This document shows positions 1-14,531 of a DNA stretch of 64,000 nucleotides, in pieces (position 1 is the stretch's first letter; the number at the start of each line of letters is the position of its first letter). The stretch comes from the human T2T-CHM13v2.0 reference genome, Homo sapiens. The translations under genes and the position numbers were made by a program. Location of the stretch: NCBI RefSeq assembly GCF_009914755.1, contig NC_060931.1. One strand, written 5' to 3'. The notes beneath the pieces are model-generated. The model saw only the letters and a list, made by a program, of their open reading frames with translations. It was not told the DNA's origin and searched no databases.

Positions 1-1339
1 ATGTGATTTATATAACCTACATAACAAAATTAATAAAATAAAATGTTAAATAGCTATTTGAGTCATCTACAATGATGTATATGAAAAAGTGGGAGAATCA
101 CTTTATGTTCAAGATTACCTTTCTTTGAAGAAAGAAGCAACTCATCAAATTTTTATTTAAAACATCCAAAAAACAACTGCTGGCTATTCTTATACCCCGT
201 GAAGTAACACACTGACAGTTCACCAACAAATTTGGATATGTCAGGGAGCCAAACCTTAACAAAATTCCATTTTACTTTTTATTTTATTTCCAGTACTACT
301 TCGTTTTATTTGACTTTGTCATGTCTGCCTTTATTATGCAGTGACTTGCAAGAAAACGTAAAATCTCAACCATGACATGAAAACCAAATAGAATATTATG
401 ATCTCTTTGTAGGTTTGACAATGTATTGCAATTTGACATAGGGGTTGACATAACCCACCAAAGATACATGCTCTCTATTTTTAATTTTTAAATAAGTCTT
501 GTCATCGTATGTTCAAATCTTTATTCCTCAAGCATCTCCAAGACACAGGGTTTACTCTCATTCCTAGGCTGTCAGTCAAGGGGGTCCTGGTTCTGCCTCC
601 CTGACAAACTTCCCTCAATAGCTGCTCCCTTTCCACTACAGGCAAATGAACTTCCTGGTATTAAAGAGTACATTACCTGCTATTACATTAAAGATCGTGA
701 AAAAACCACTCATCTTGACAGTACAAACTTGCACCAAACCTCCAACTGAGTCCCTGGGACAGAGTCTGACAGACATTTGCTATAATTGGCTCTGCCACTG
801 AGCTGGCTTCACAATTCAAACATGAAACAAAGCTAACTAAGGAGAAGCAAGGTTGAAGTGTGTTTTGTCCTTTGTTTTTCCTCCAAGCACTCAAAATACT
901 CATTACTATAGAATTTTACGCTCTCGAAGTAAAAACAATTCTTATATAAATATGTAAGTGTGTCTACAGATATACATATGTATATATTCACTTTATGGCG
1001 GAAAATGCAAGCCTTATTGGCTATTCTTTTCTCAGAGAAATAAGCATGCCCTACTAATCTTTTTTGAGATTAATTTTCTCTTTGGTCTCCTAGCAGATTA
1101 CTTCAGGTTACCTGCTTTTCTGCATGGCTTCCATATAACCAACTGTGCCATTTCATTAGCCACAGTCCATTCCTGATGCCTGGAGAGATTACAAGCACTG
1201 GTGGCTTTTATTCCATAGGAAAAGCTGTTTCCCACCAGAGAACTGCTCTGTCTGCCTGTGTTAGGGTCAGAATGTTCTAGAGAATACTGTCCTGGGATTC
1301 TTGAGCAAGCTGGCCAGTGTGACTCCTGTGTAACAGTGA

Positions 1340-1452
1340 ACTATTATAAGCACTTGAAAACAGACTTTGAATTTTACTGATCTGTATAACATCTAGGCCA
1401 CCTGCCAGTGTACCTGAGCATAAAGAAAGTTCAATCAGCATTTGTTGAACTT
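1340..1452 (+). mobile_element. L2 3' end remnant
   Basis: Degenerate L2 tail '...ccagtgtacctgagcataaagaaagttcaatcagcatttgttgaac'. Confidence 0.5.
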
Positions 1453-1579
1453 AAATAGTAATTGAGAAAGGGAAGGCCTCAGTTCTACTGATAGCCATTT
1501 GGGATCATACAGTTTATTTTTCATTCTTTTTCCACATCTTTAAAATGTCTAGAAAGATCTAACAACCAGCTTACGTGAA

Positions 1580-2465
<886 letters not shown>

Positions 2466-3059
2466 ATGTAATATTAATTGCTATTAATTACATAATCATA
2501 ATGAATTTGAAGTTTTCAATGCTTAAAATCCATACATTCCCCTCCCTTTGAGCACTTAATGTTACCACTGCATTACCGTTATTTAAACCACCTTGCCTCT
2601 TATGTATAACTTTTCCTTAGGCTCTTCCTCAATTCACCAACAGTATAGTACTCCCTTTTCCCACTGAATCCTGAAAACATCTCTGTTACTGCACACATCA
2701 CATTTTAGCACTGCATTTGTTTATTTCTCACACTAGCAACTTCTTAGTAGAACAAATTTTGAGAAAGAAAATCTTAATTTATTAAGCATAGTATAATAGA
2801 AAAATAGTTACATATACCCAAAGTTATTCCTTTGTCATCCTCCCTAATAAATGAGATTACTTGTTTAAGCTTCAGCTCAGTCCATAAAACTCTACCAGAA
2901 CAAAAGCAGATGCTAGCAAGATGTAGTATCTACTCTATCCCCAACTCAGCTCCTCCTCATTAATAGACAAAAAGGCCATTATTTCATCTTCTCCGAAGTT
3001 TTACTACAAAAATAATGTCTATTTACTTTCTTCTAATCCCATCTTCTCACTTTCTCTTT

Positions 3060-3205
3060 TTAAATTATTATCTATCTCTACTGAATTATGAGCTAACAAG
3101 AAGTAAATGCCATTCTTCTTAGTATTCCAGAACTTAGGACAGTGCCAGGTAAATAGTGGATAGCTGTATATAAATATATATAGATGAATGATGAATGGAT
3201 AGCTG
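3060..3205 (+). mobile_element. L2 3' end remnant
   Basis: 'ccagaacttaggacagtgccaggtaaatagtg...gatgaatgatgaatg'. Confidence 0.55.
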
Positions 3206-4994
3206 GATAAATATCAAGACTCAATGTAATATTTTTGTTGATTTTTCTGGTTAAATATAAATGCAAAAACCTGCAGTTTTACTGTAAAGAATTCTAAAGG
3301 CCTTTAGGTAGGCCAAAATAGAATATATCATACATGAGGGGAAAGGAAGCATATATCTCTAAAATAGCATTTTGTATGTTTAGGAGTACTGCCTTATGGC
3401 AAATAGCTAGTTACTCAATTTTTCTTTTTTAAAAAAAGTTCTTAACAGAAGAGTATTTAAAAGTCATCATGACTTTGGGAATTTTAAAGAAGATTTATAG
3501 GTATTCAAACTTCACTGTCAATAAAATGTCAAAGCAAGGCCTTATACCTACTAAAGTTAATTTTTTGTTTTATATATTGAGACATACTCTAACAATAAAC
3601 ACTATGCTACCACATAGAATCAGAACAGTGCAGTAGTTTGTCTTACAACATAATCAGTAAATAGTATAACTTTCTGTTAGTTAATAGGGGTAATCTTAAC
3701 TTTGCAGCCTTCTGGATTGTTAAAGGATGTTTTGATTTACAATATAAACTAAACTGGGCCTATCTTTTCATGGTAAGGAAATTGACCAGTTTATGTATAA
3801 ACCTACTCTTGACTAACAGAAATCAGTAAACTATGAGGCCATGCTATTTTTCTTTACTTATACTGTACTTGGAAACATAGTAAAAGTATCTAAAATTGCA
3901 AATGAAAAATGATTAAACTCTTAACAAACATATATACAACACAGGAAAAAAGGTACTCACCTTTTAATGAGAACTATATATTTTCTTTATGGTAGTAGTA
4001 CAATAAGCACACAAATCTCCAAAAGTTACCAAGTCTGGGACACTATAAAAATCAATTTTTCATTCAATGACTGCTCATATCCATTCAGCATGAATTATTG
4101 CCTTATTAAGTACCAGAGACTTTTTCTCCCTAACTGCACACCCCATTGTACCAAATCTAGTTAGATGAAGCAGAAACAAATTCATATTTCCTAACACTTA
4201 TTCAAATTCCTTGGACTAGAAACTGCACTGCTGAGAGTCTTCACATTTCATCAAATTATTCTCCCAGTAAGTTTTTTACTAACAAGGCTCTCCTGTATCA
4301 TTGCTTTTTTCTTTTTATGAAAAATGAAAGGATCCCCACTAATTTCACAGTACAATGTTTCATTTATTACTCAATCTTGTTTCTTAGTTTATTAAAATTA
4401 AAGAAGTACATGCTCTATTATACCACACTATTATATTTAATAGTTAGCTTAAAATGTTAAAAATAAAATTAAAACTACTTTAAAGTACCTTTAATAGATA
4501 TTTCTAAAACCCAACTGCTTTATCTTTACTAACTGGCTAGCTACTTATTTCTTAGATTTCTAAAGTCCTGCTAGAAACATAATAAGGGTAGATAGGCATT
4601 AGCATTATTATCTACCATATACATACATATTTTTAGGATCTTCCCAGTGAGAATTATAAGCATCACATCAGCAAATAGAATGTGATTTTTTAAATACAAT
4701 AAGAAAAATAGCACCAAGAAAACCCAAACTTCACCATGAAAAGAACATCCCTTTTTACCACTACAATTGTTATATTAGACTTTCAAATTAATTTCAGTAA
4801 AAAGAAAATAGTGACGGAAAACCAATACTGGTTAAACTAACTACAAGAAGGAATTTTACTTGGAATGTAAGAGCCTCATTGCTCCAAATCTTACTTGCTG
4901 TGAACTAGGGATAATCAATAAACTCTTAATAACAGTTCGAGTTTACATTTAACACAAGAGATGGCTGCGATCTAAAAATCATTGTACATTAGTT

Positions 4995-5314
4995 CGGTTT
5001 CCTTTCTTTGTTGTTATTGTTGTTTTTTGACACAAGGTCTCACTCTGTCAGTCACCCAAGCCGGAGTACAGTGGTGTGACCATGGTTCATTGCAGCCTTG
5101 ACTTCCCAGGTTGAAGTGATCCTCTTGCATCAGCCTCCCAACTAGCTGGGACTACAGCCCTGCCCCACTATGCTCAGGTAATTTTTTAATTTTTTGTAGA
5201 GACAGGGTCCCACTATGTTGCCCAGGTTGGTCTCGAACTCCTGGACTCATGTGATCTCCTACACCTTGGCTTCCCAAAGACTGACATTACAGGCATGAGC
5301 TACCACATCCAGAT
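4995..5314 (-). mobile_element. AluJ
   Basis: Antisense Alu with J-type sequence (gatcctc, gagacagggtc, ctcctggactca); TSD cattagtt at 4987-4994 / 5315-5322. Confidence 0.92.
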
Positions 5315-5844
5315 CATTAGTTATTATTAAAATTCTGCTGGGGAGGAGAGATATATTCAAAGACGTATGGGTAATAATTTTGCCTTCTTCCCTAGGATCA
5401 AGATGAATATGGCTTTTCTGTTTCTGAATTTGTTGTAAGAAACAGAAGAACCTAAAGTTTCCAAAACTTCCTTAAGTGGAATGCAGATATCATTGCAGTA
5501 GTGTGTGTCGTTACTTTGGGGCTGGTAATGCAAGCCTTGAGAATACCAGAGCAGCAACAAAGCTGGATAATAACATTCAACTCTGGCTGCCTCTGCTTCT
5601 GGGGAGAATGTCACTGGCAACTGCTTATCCACTAGGAAAGAGAGAAACGAAGAAATATTCACTCTAAATATACTATTTAGATCTTCTCTGGGTAGGCATT
5701 TTCCTTCTTGGAATAAATAAATTGGAACATTAGAATAGGTGAACTAAGCTCTCTTCTAACCAATCTCTAAGCCATTTGAAATGCCAATGTGGTCAATAAA
5801 AATTTTTTCACTAGAAAGCCTTGCATTTATATTCCTCTGTCTCT

Positions 5845-5956
5845 CTGTCTGTGTATATATATAATTGCACATAAATTTCCATGAAAATGGAAACTTGTGT
5901 GCATTGTCATGGAAATTTATATGCAATTATATATATATATACACACACACAGACAG
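5845..5956. repeat. Long near-perfect inverted repeat (hairpin)
   Basis: Arms 5854-5889 and 5902-5937 pair at 34/36 positions around a 12-nt loop; outer ctgtctgtgt / acacagacag also pair. Confidence 0.9.
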
Positions 5957-5994
5957 TCATGTTTTCTACTGAACAAAAATAATATATACTTTTA

Positions 5995-7215
5995 AAAACT
6001 TTTCATTGTTGCATAACATAGATATTGTAAAGTGTAAAAATTTTAGGCATAGCTTCGATGTATTTTCATGAAATGAACTCATTTATGTCCACCATTCCAG
6101 GAAGCTTCCCTTACACCCCATCCCAGTGATTTTGCCTCTTTAAAAGTAACAAAAATTTTAAACTCTGCCATTTTAACTTTGCCTGTCTTGGAACTCATAG
6201 AGATGAAAATATATAATACATACTATTTTGTGTTTGACTTATTTGCTCCAGATTATACCTGTGAGATTTATCCATGTTCTTTGTGTTGTCATAGTTTGTG
6301 CCTTTTCATTGCTCTATAGAATTTAATTTTATATCTACAAGATTTTTATTATTTCTATTCTTGACAGACATTTCCATTGTTCACAGTTGATTTAAAATAA
6401 TACTGTTGTAGACACTCTTGTATAGATTTTTTGGTATAATTACACACATTTTTTGGTTTGGACTGTATTTAGGATTAGAATAGGTGGGTCATAGGAGATG
6501 CTTAAGTTCAGCTTTAGACTAGGCTGTCAACAGTTTTTCAGAGTGGTTATACCAACTTACATTGCCATCAGCACCTTAAAAGTTCTAGTTGCTCCACATC
6601 TTCCCTTTCCAATACTTAGTATTTTAAGTTACTTTACTTTCTAAATATTAAATTTTAATATTCAGGCATTTTGTTATCTGCTAATGTTAGTCCTCCAACT
6701 TTATTCTTCTTTTTCAAGACTGACCTGGTTACTCTTGGGCGTTTGCATTTCTCCCACAAAATCCTGTTGAATATTTAATTGGGATTACATTAAATCTATA
6801 CTCAGTTTGCTAAGTCGACATTGACACAATTCATAAACACATGATATATCTTTCCATTTATTTAGGTTTCTTTTAGCTTTGAAATGTGTGCACAGGTTTT
6901 ACAAAACTTTTATTCTTCCTTAGGTATTTGATGACTTTGATGCTAATATTAATGTCGTCTTTTAAAATTTTCATTTTCTAAGTCTTTCAAGCTAGCACAG
7001 AGAAATACAACTGACTTTGTGTGCAGACCTTGTATCTAGTATTTCCTACATGCTTGGAACACCAGACTGGTGAAGTCTTCTAGGCCTGAGATTTTTTTTC
7101 TGTGAGGAGGTTTTTATTTATAGAGTTTATTTTCTTAATAGATATGACTATTCAAATTTTCTACTACTCCATGTGTCAGTGATGAGAAGACGTGATTTTC
7201 AAGAAGTCTGTCAAG
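5995..7215 (-). mobile_element. Old L1M (L1ME/MD-like) 3' end plus ORF2 fragments
   Basis: Antisense L1 motifs 'gagtggttataccaacttacattgccatcagc', 'gggattacattaaatctata', 'tccatttatttaggt', 'taggcctgagatttttt'. Confidence 0.75.
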
Positions 7216-7222
7216 TTCACTT

Positions 7223-8158
7223 AAAAGGTGTTCAATATCACTGATCAACAGAGAAATGCAAATCAAAACCACAATGAGATAACATCACACTCTAGTTCAA
7301 ATGGCTTTCATATAAAACATAAGGCATTAACAAATGCTAGTAAGGATGTGGAGAAAACAGAATCCCTGTGCACTGTTGGTGGGAATGTAAATTAGTACCG
7401 CCACTACAGCGAACAGTTTGGAGGCTCCTCATAAAACTAAAAATAGAACTACCATATGATCCAGTACTCCCACTGCTGGGTATATAGCCACAGGAAGGAA
7501 ATCAATACACCAAAGAGATATCTGTATTCCCATGTTTGTTGCAGCATTATTCACAATAGCCAAGATTTGGAAGCAACCTAAGTGTCCATCAATTGATGAA
7601 TGAATAAAGAAAATGTGGTACCTATACACAGTGGAGTACTCTTCAGCCATAAAAAATAATAAGATCTTGTCATTTGCAACCACATGGATGGTTCTGGAGG
7701 TCATTATGTTAAGTGAAATAAACTAGGCACGAAAAGACAAACTTCACATGTTCTTACTTATTTGTGAGAACTAAAAAAACAATGCAACTCATAGAGGTAG
7801 AGAGTAGAATGATGGTTACCAGAGGCTAGGAAGCATATTGGAGAAGGAGTGGGGATGGTTGGTTAATGGACACAAAAATATGGTTTGATAGAATGAATAA
7901 GATTTAGTATTTGATGATAGTACAACACTGTGTCTACAGTCAACAATAATTTATTGTACATTTAAAAACTAAAAGAGTGTAATTGGAGCATTTGTAACAC
8001 AGAAAGAATAAATGCTTGAGGTAATCGATATCCCATTTACCCTGATGTGATTATTACACATTGTATACCCATATCAAACTATCTCATGTGCCCCCTAAAT
8101 ATATATACCTACTATAAAGCACAATTTAAAAAATAAAATAAAATAATAAATATTAAAA
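7223..8158 (+). mobile_element. L1MA (L1MA2/3-like), 5'-truncated: ORF2 end, 3' UTR and A-tail
   Basis: 'gagaaatgcaaatcaaaaccacaatgagata...tgtcatttgcaac...gatggttaccagaggct...ccctgatgtgattattacacattg'; (aaaat)n tail. Confidence 0.9.
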
Positions 8159-8519
8159 GAGAAAACCATAATTAAACAGTGAACACATTTTCTGGATATT
8201 ATTGGTGATTACACGACATTAACTTACTGTAGTTGTCTGCACAAGCAGCACAAATCTGGCCCCGATGACATCATTAAAATATATTACTATTAGCACTACA
8301 TTTCTGTCAGAATTTTTATTACAGTTTCCTAGCTTGTGAGCTAGAAACTCTCATCCCATACTCTATATACAAAAATAATACTTTATTATATTTTTATTAT
8401 TCCAGAAGCAAAAACACATTTTGTTAAAAACTCAGAAAAATGTAAAATAAGATTACAGTATTGTTTACATGTCAAAGAAAATATATTCCAATATTTTCAA
8501 CTCTTCAAAGTACTCTGAT

Positions 8520-8562
8520 TATAGGTAGATATAGGTAGATAGATATAGATACACATATAGAG
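8520..8562 (+). repeat. Degenerate (ATAG)n microsatellite
   Basis: ataggtagatataggtagatagatatagat. Confidence 0.6.
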
Positions 8563-9372
8563 AGAATCATCAAAGACTGTTGCATACCAAATAAACTCAA
8601 CACTAATGACAGTAAAAACATAATTCATAAGGGTGAGATTTTTAAATTGTATAATATAATCCATTATAGCACTTGCAACTAAACACTGTTCACTACATAC
8701 AGAAAGTAGTGACAATTATGCCTTGAGGTAATGATGTGCTCTTACAATTGCTAAGAGTAATTTCTAAACGAAAAACTGTTATAAGATGCAAATTTAACTT
8801 TCATCCAAAACTCTAGTTTTTCGAATCACGGTTTTCAGTTCTTTTAGGACATTCCCATACTCATGGGTGCTATACAACTGTCTATGATACTGTTTCTAAA
8901 CAGGTTAAGAAGTTATATTGCATATACGTTTTTTCAAAGATCCACAAATACATATTGTGTTGAATAATGTAGATAACAAATGGGGTTATTTATTCCAGTT
9001 TTCTTGAATTATCAAACTGAAGAACAAATAATTTGTTCTGTGAGTAATATCTAAGTTTCCATTCCAAACTATTCAGCCCAAGCTTAATATAAAATCTAAC
9101 TGGAAATCAAGGACTAGTCTAACCTTTCTCCAATAGATGCTTTATGATTAGAGTATCGATGAAATAAACATAACCAAAATTAAATGGAGAGTCTTCTCTT
9201 CTTTTATAAGCATATGCTTAATATCCACATACTTATTCCACCAAATGTCATAATGTACCTTTAGAAGTTCTAAACTAGGTCACATAAAATTATAAGTGTT
9301 TTGAAATTTAAAATGTTTCTGGCAGCATTCTACTAAGAAAGGGTATTTTCGGTTCAAGTTGATGCTGATGAT

Positions 9373-9668
<296 letters not shown>

Positions 9669-9948
9669 TCAGGTCGATGCTGATGATGTTTATACTTTAA
9701 AACATTTATCTGGTTGATGTGTTTTGCTTGAAAAAACAATAACCTTTTCTGTAATATTTTTAACTTCTCCAAATTAAGAAAACACTCAGCCAGCAAAAAT
9801 AAATTCACTAAACAAAAGGAAGGAAACAAAATAAATTAATTTTGAAATAAGCTAACTGCCTTAAATGGGGAATAGAAGGCCTGTGTTTTGTTTCTAAATT
9901 TTTTACCAATTTGTCATGAAGGCTTACATGAAGAAATGAACTCTTAGA

Positions 9949-10247
9949 CAAGCACTGTCCAACAGAAACATCAGGTGAGTCATATATGTAATATTAAGTT
10001 TTCTAACAGACACATTTAAAAAGGAAAAAAAGTGAACTTTTGATAATATATTTTACTTAATATACCTCAAATATTATTACTTAAACATGTAATCAACATA
10101 AAAAGTATTAATGGGGTATCTTACATTCTTTTTTTTATTACTATGTCTTCAAAATACAATTTGTATTCTATCCTAGGGCACATCTCAATTCAGACTAGCT
10201 GCATTTCAAGTGCTCCAAAGCTAATGGTATCAACTTGCACAGTGCAG
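9949..10247. mobile_element. MER33 (hAT-Charlie non-autonomous DNA transposon)
   Basis: 'agcactgtccaacagaaac...catatatgtaat...cacatctcaattcagactagctgcatttcaagtgctc...gcacagtgcag' matches recalled MER33. Confidence 0.85.
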
Positions 10248-10889
10248 CTTCACACTTTTGGTTCTTCACTTACTAAATCATATGATTCTTAAGGGTATTT
10301 TAGTACTAGTTTTGTAAAATTCTAATCGTGGTTAAAACTGATCAGTGATGAGAGATGCTAAATTCTTCTTCATCCCATAAATATGAGCAAACACAATAAA
10401 TCAGTATTAAATATATCCAAAAAAATGCAATAGCAAAATACAGGCAAATTTCATTTATGTAATTTATGAAAGTATGCCATAAGTATGTTTGTATTATTAT
10501 AAATAAGTTATCCAAAAATATTATAACGCTATAATAAAATGCTTCAGAGAACTGCTATACATAGGAAAAAGGATAAATCCGACTAACAAACCTTTGAGCA
10601 GTGTTTTTGCTTAGGTTTATACATATTAGAGTAGTCTACTGCAATTTCTATAGATCACATATGCAGTTTACAAGAAGCCTGTATGGACACTAAAATTTAA
10701 ATCATACATGTTTTAAGGCTGGTATGGTGAGTAAGTCATTTTGCATATAAGTGAGTAAATTAATTAACATCTATGACTCAACTGGCTCTTTACTCTTTAT
10801 CACATATATGTTGAGTACTCTCTGTTAAAAGTTTAATGACTTAAATTTTTATTAAGATAGAAGGCTATAAATTCATGAGCTAAGTATGT

Positions 10890-11930
10890 CATTTAGGAAG
10901 TTAGACAATGAGAAATAAAGTAAAAATAAAGGTAATTGAAAATAATAACAAAGATATGAATAAAAATTAAAGAAATATAAAGTAAAAGTAAAATTAAAAA
11001 ATATAAAATAAATATAAAAATGAAGAAATATAAAATATAAGATAAGATTAAACAGGAATCACAAAACAAAAAGTTAATTCTTTGAAAAAACAAAGAATTC
11101 AGATAAACTTCTGACGAGTTTGAAAAATTAATAAGAGAGCCAAATAAATATTAGAAATTGAAAAGGTAACATAATCAGAGATTTAACAGAATTAAAAGAT
11201 ATAAAAGAATTCTGTGAATAATTATCTGCCAATAAGTTGAAAAAATGTCATTAAATAGAAATATCTTTATAAAATATAGTCGATCTCAACAAAGAATAAA
11301 AATACAAATAAATATACAACTTTTAAATAAATGGAATTATTTCCTTAAAATCTTTCCATAAATACAACAGACTCCGAGATTTTTAAATGCAAGTTTTATC
11401 AGACTTTCAATATCCAAAGCATTTCAATCTTATACTTTTCTAGAGAATGAGGGAGAAGGGCATGGAAGGGAGGAGTGATTTATTTCCCAACTCTATGAAG
11501 TCAATATAGCTTTGACGACAAAACAGAAAATGACAATAGAACAAAAAATAATATGCCCTCTTACTCATGTATGTATATGTAAATATCCCGAACAAAATGC
11601 TATAAAAATAAAATCCAGTGATACATAAAAACATTTCTACTGTTTGACTAAGCTAACTTTTAGGACTACAAGGGGATTATAATTAAAGGAACTATAAATG
11701 TCATTTACTATATCAACATTCTATAAGAAAAAATTATAATTATCTCAATAGATATAGAAAAAAGTATCTGATAAAACTGATTACTCAGTTATGGTTAAAA
11801 AAATAGCAAATCAGGAAACGAAAAAGATACCCAAAATAACCTTCAGTAATGATGAATGTTTTAGGTATCCTATCATGGTATATTCAAATTTCACAAATGC
11901 TTCAGAGCACATTCCTCAAAATTCAAGGAT
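10890..11930 (+). mobile_element. Old L1M ORF2 fragment, heavily degraded
   Basis: A-rich; 'aagttaattctttgaaaa', 'ataattatctgccaataagttgaaaa', 'ttcccaactctatgaagtcaatat', 'aattatctcaatagatatagaaaaag'. Confidence 0.75.
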
Positions 11931-12931
11931 GTGAATAATAAGTATGCTAAACAAGTGTATTGTATGGAGTAACAGTATTAAATACCAATTTGCTCAAAAT
12001 AGTAGCGAACAGACTTCAGGACATTCATTATCTACAAGGTTTTTGATCCTAATGAATGAAATGTCTACTGCAAAGAAGCAATTTATTCATTTCATTATAA
12101 ATAATTTTATTGACAGGACAATTTTTAAGACAACCTGACAAACTAAAATGTCTCCACTTCAAATAAAGTATCCAACATTTAAAAAAAATTATATTACGAT
12201 ATGCTTTAAATAGAATTCTGATGCTGAACTCCGTAATATGTGAGTATGTGTGAGTTACCACTTGTGTTTAATAACTGTTAGATGGCTAATGTTAGTCCAA
12301 ATGACGGTCTGCTCTGGTTAACACACTAAAATTGTTTATATCAAAATCAGAAAATCAATGATTGCAAACCAAACCAAAAGTAAGGTCATACCAGTAGTTT
12401 TTATATTTATTGATAAATAAATTATTGATCGCTAATATGTTGTTAAAAATTATGTCTTTTACATCTCCCTAAATGCATTACATGTATGTATTTCCAATGA
12501 GTTTTTAAAATGTCCAAGACATGAAATTTAAAAGAATCTTGAAGAAATTTATTAAACACTGAAATTTGATTATAATTTTACGAATTTATTCCTGAACTCA
12601 TCTCAAGGAGCAATGACCTCAGGTAAACACGCGCTCTTAGAGTCATATGGGATAAAGAAGTCTGGCAAGATTAAAAAGGGAAAATGTGACTTTTTAAATG
12701 ACAATAAGTATAACACAAATATACTAAAGTTCATAAAAATATATACTACAGTCATCAAATGTAGTCACCTACTCAGTTCAGGGAGGGCATATCCTCCACA
12801 GGGATTCATCCATTCTCCATTTTAAAATTGATTTTAACTTTACAGAAGGCATGTTTGTGAATCAAGGAGGATTCCAGATTTTGAGCGAGTAGTTTTTTTT
12901 TTTTTGCCCCATTGTGTTTGCCAAGCCCCAT

Positions 12932-13733
12932 TGTTAGATAAAATTTCCAGCTAGAAGGTATGCTCTTGCCAATGACTTTCTCCTGACCAAACTCTTGTCA
13001 GAATCCTCTGATCTCCGCTTGACTAAGCCTCAAACTTGGTGGATAAAAACTGCAACCTCTTCCCACAAATGATTTTGTCTAGACACCCCCGCCCTCACCA
13101 ACATAAACACTAAGAGACTTGAACAAACACTAACATAGTTTCTAACTGCTCAAGGCCACAGCCCTAGGATGACCCCATCCCACCTTAGAGCGCCTGCCTG
13201 AAAAAAGCTCAACACTGCCAGGAGAACTTGCTGTTTGTTTCAGCCCCAAACCAGATAGGCCCCTGAACCCTGCTCTTATAGAGCAGTTGCTTTAGAAAGC
13301 TTGCAATTATAAATGCTTTTTTGCCCTTTGGGACAATCTGCTACCCCAAACTGTTTCCTCAAGGACCTGAGCGCTCTATGAGATGCAAACATTCTGGGAG
13401 ACAACTGTCACTCTCACTCCCAGACCCTGTGGGAGTTAAGGCCCAACTTCGAGTGGGCACCTTGCTCTAATACCATTGCCTCCTGTCATAAAGATAGATT
13501 GCTTCTCCTCTGGAGAGGCGTCAATTAACAAACCCACGTGGCTTCATCACATAGACCAACCCCTTAACACCCCTCAGTGCCAGTCCCTGGCCTCTAAAAA
13601 GTCTCCAGCTTTTTGTTTTGGTGAAGTTGAGTTCAATTCATGCTGGACTCACTTCCCTACTGCAACTATTTATTACCGAATCAAATCTCTCCTCAGTGCT
13701 TTAACTAGTGTCTAGCTTTGTTTATCCTTGACA
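12932..13733 (+). mobile_element. ERV1 solo LTR (MER67/MER34-like, MER4 group)
   Basis: TG...CA ends (tgttagata...ccttgaca); 'ctcctgaccaaactc', 'ctcaaggacctg', 'gaagttgagttcaat', 'ctttaactagtgtc'. Confidence 0.75.
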
Positions 13734-14330
13734 CTCTGAAAAAAAGTTGATAATCCCCTAACTGTCAATATTCTGGAAGTTAGTCTCAATTCTGTCATCT
13801 GTATGTCTCTGCCTTGTCATAGAACATTAAATTAAACCCTAAGTGGCTTGTGTGGATTGGTATCAGTTGGAAACTTAGCTGGTGGAGTTTCATGAGCTTT
13901 AGATGAGGGTAGGAAGGGAAAAGGGGCTTGATAGATTTTCTATAGGTTTTGTGTGCAGCGCAGCCAGCTAGACTTGAGATGCAGTGGATGATGCCCCAAC
14001 CCAGGGACTCTCCAAGGGAAGGTTTTTTAGGGAATTCGGTCTATAATCCAATAGTCTGATATCTCTTATTGAGAATGTCTTTGTTCTAAAGTAACTCAGC
14101 TTTGCTATATCTCAGGGGAGACTAGGCTGTTGTTACCTTAACTACAGATGTAAAGACTAGAATAGATGGGGAGGAGACCAAGAAGGAGCTTTTCCTACTA
14201 TACTGGAACAAGCTATAGCACAAAAGATCTGAAATAGCTGTAAGAAGAAAGTACTATGCAGTAAGCAGAACATAACATTTAGAGGATTAAAAACAGAACA
14301 CTGGTAAAGGCATAGTATGACAATAGTTAT

Positions 14331-14466
14331 AAAAAGGGAAGGAAAGTAGGAGAGGGGGAGGGAGAAGGGGAGGGAGGGGAGGGAGGAGAGGGAGAGAGGA
14401 AGGAAGGAAGGAAGGAAGGCAGGAAGGCAGAAAGGCAGGAAGGCAGGCAGGCAGGCAGGCAAGAAG
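14331..14466 (+). repeat. Purine-rich compound microsatellite (GGGA/GGAA/GGCA)n
   Basis: Directly visible. Confidence 0.95.
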
Positions 14467-14497
14467 ACAGGCCAATTGGCCAACTTCAGACATAGTA

Positions 14498-14531
14498 TTA
14501 GGTCGGCGCAATTACTTTTGCACCAACCTAT
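14498..14531. mobile_element. MADE1 (Hsmar1-derived MITE), internally deleted
   Basis: ta|ttaggtcggcgcaattacttttgcaccaacctat: both mariner TIR ends present, centre missing. Confidence 0.8.

Noticed and set aside
677-1179. Two minus-strand exon-like units (677-753, 1112-1179) with CAG|gtaa donors
   Set aside because: Weak polypyrimidine tracts and no recognisable peptide.
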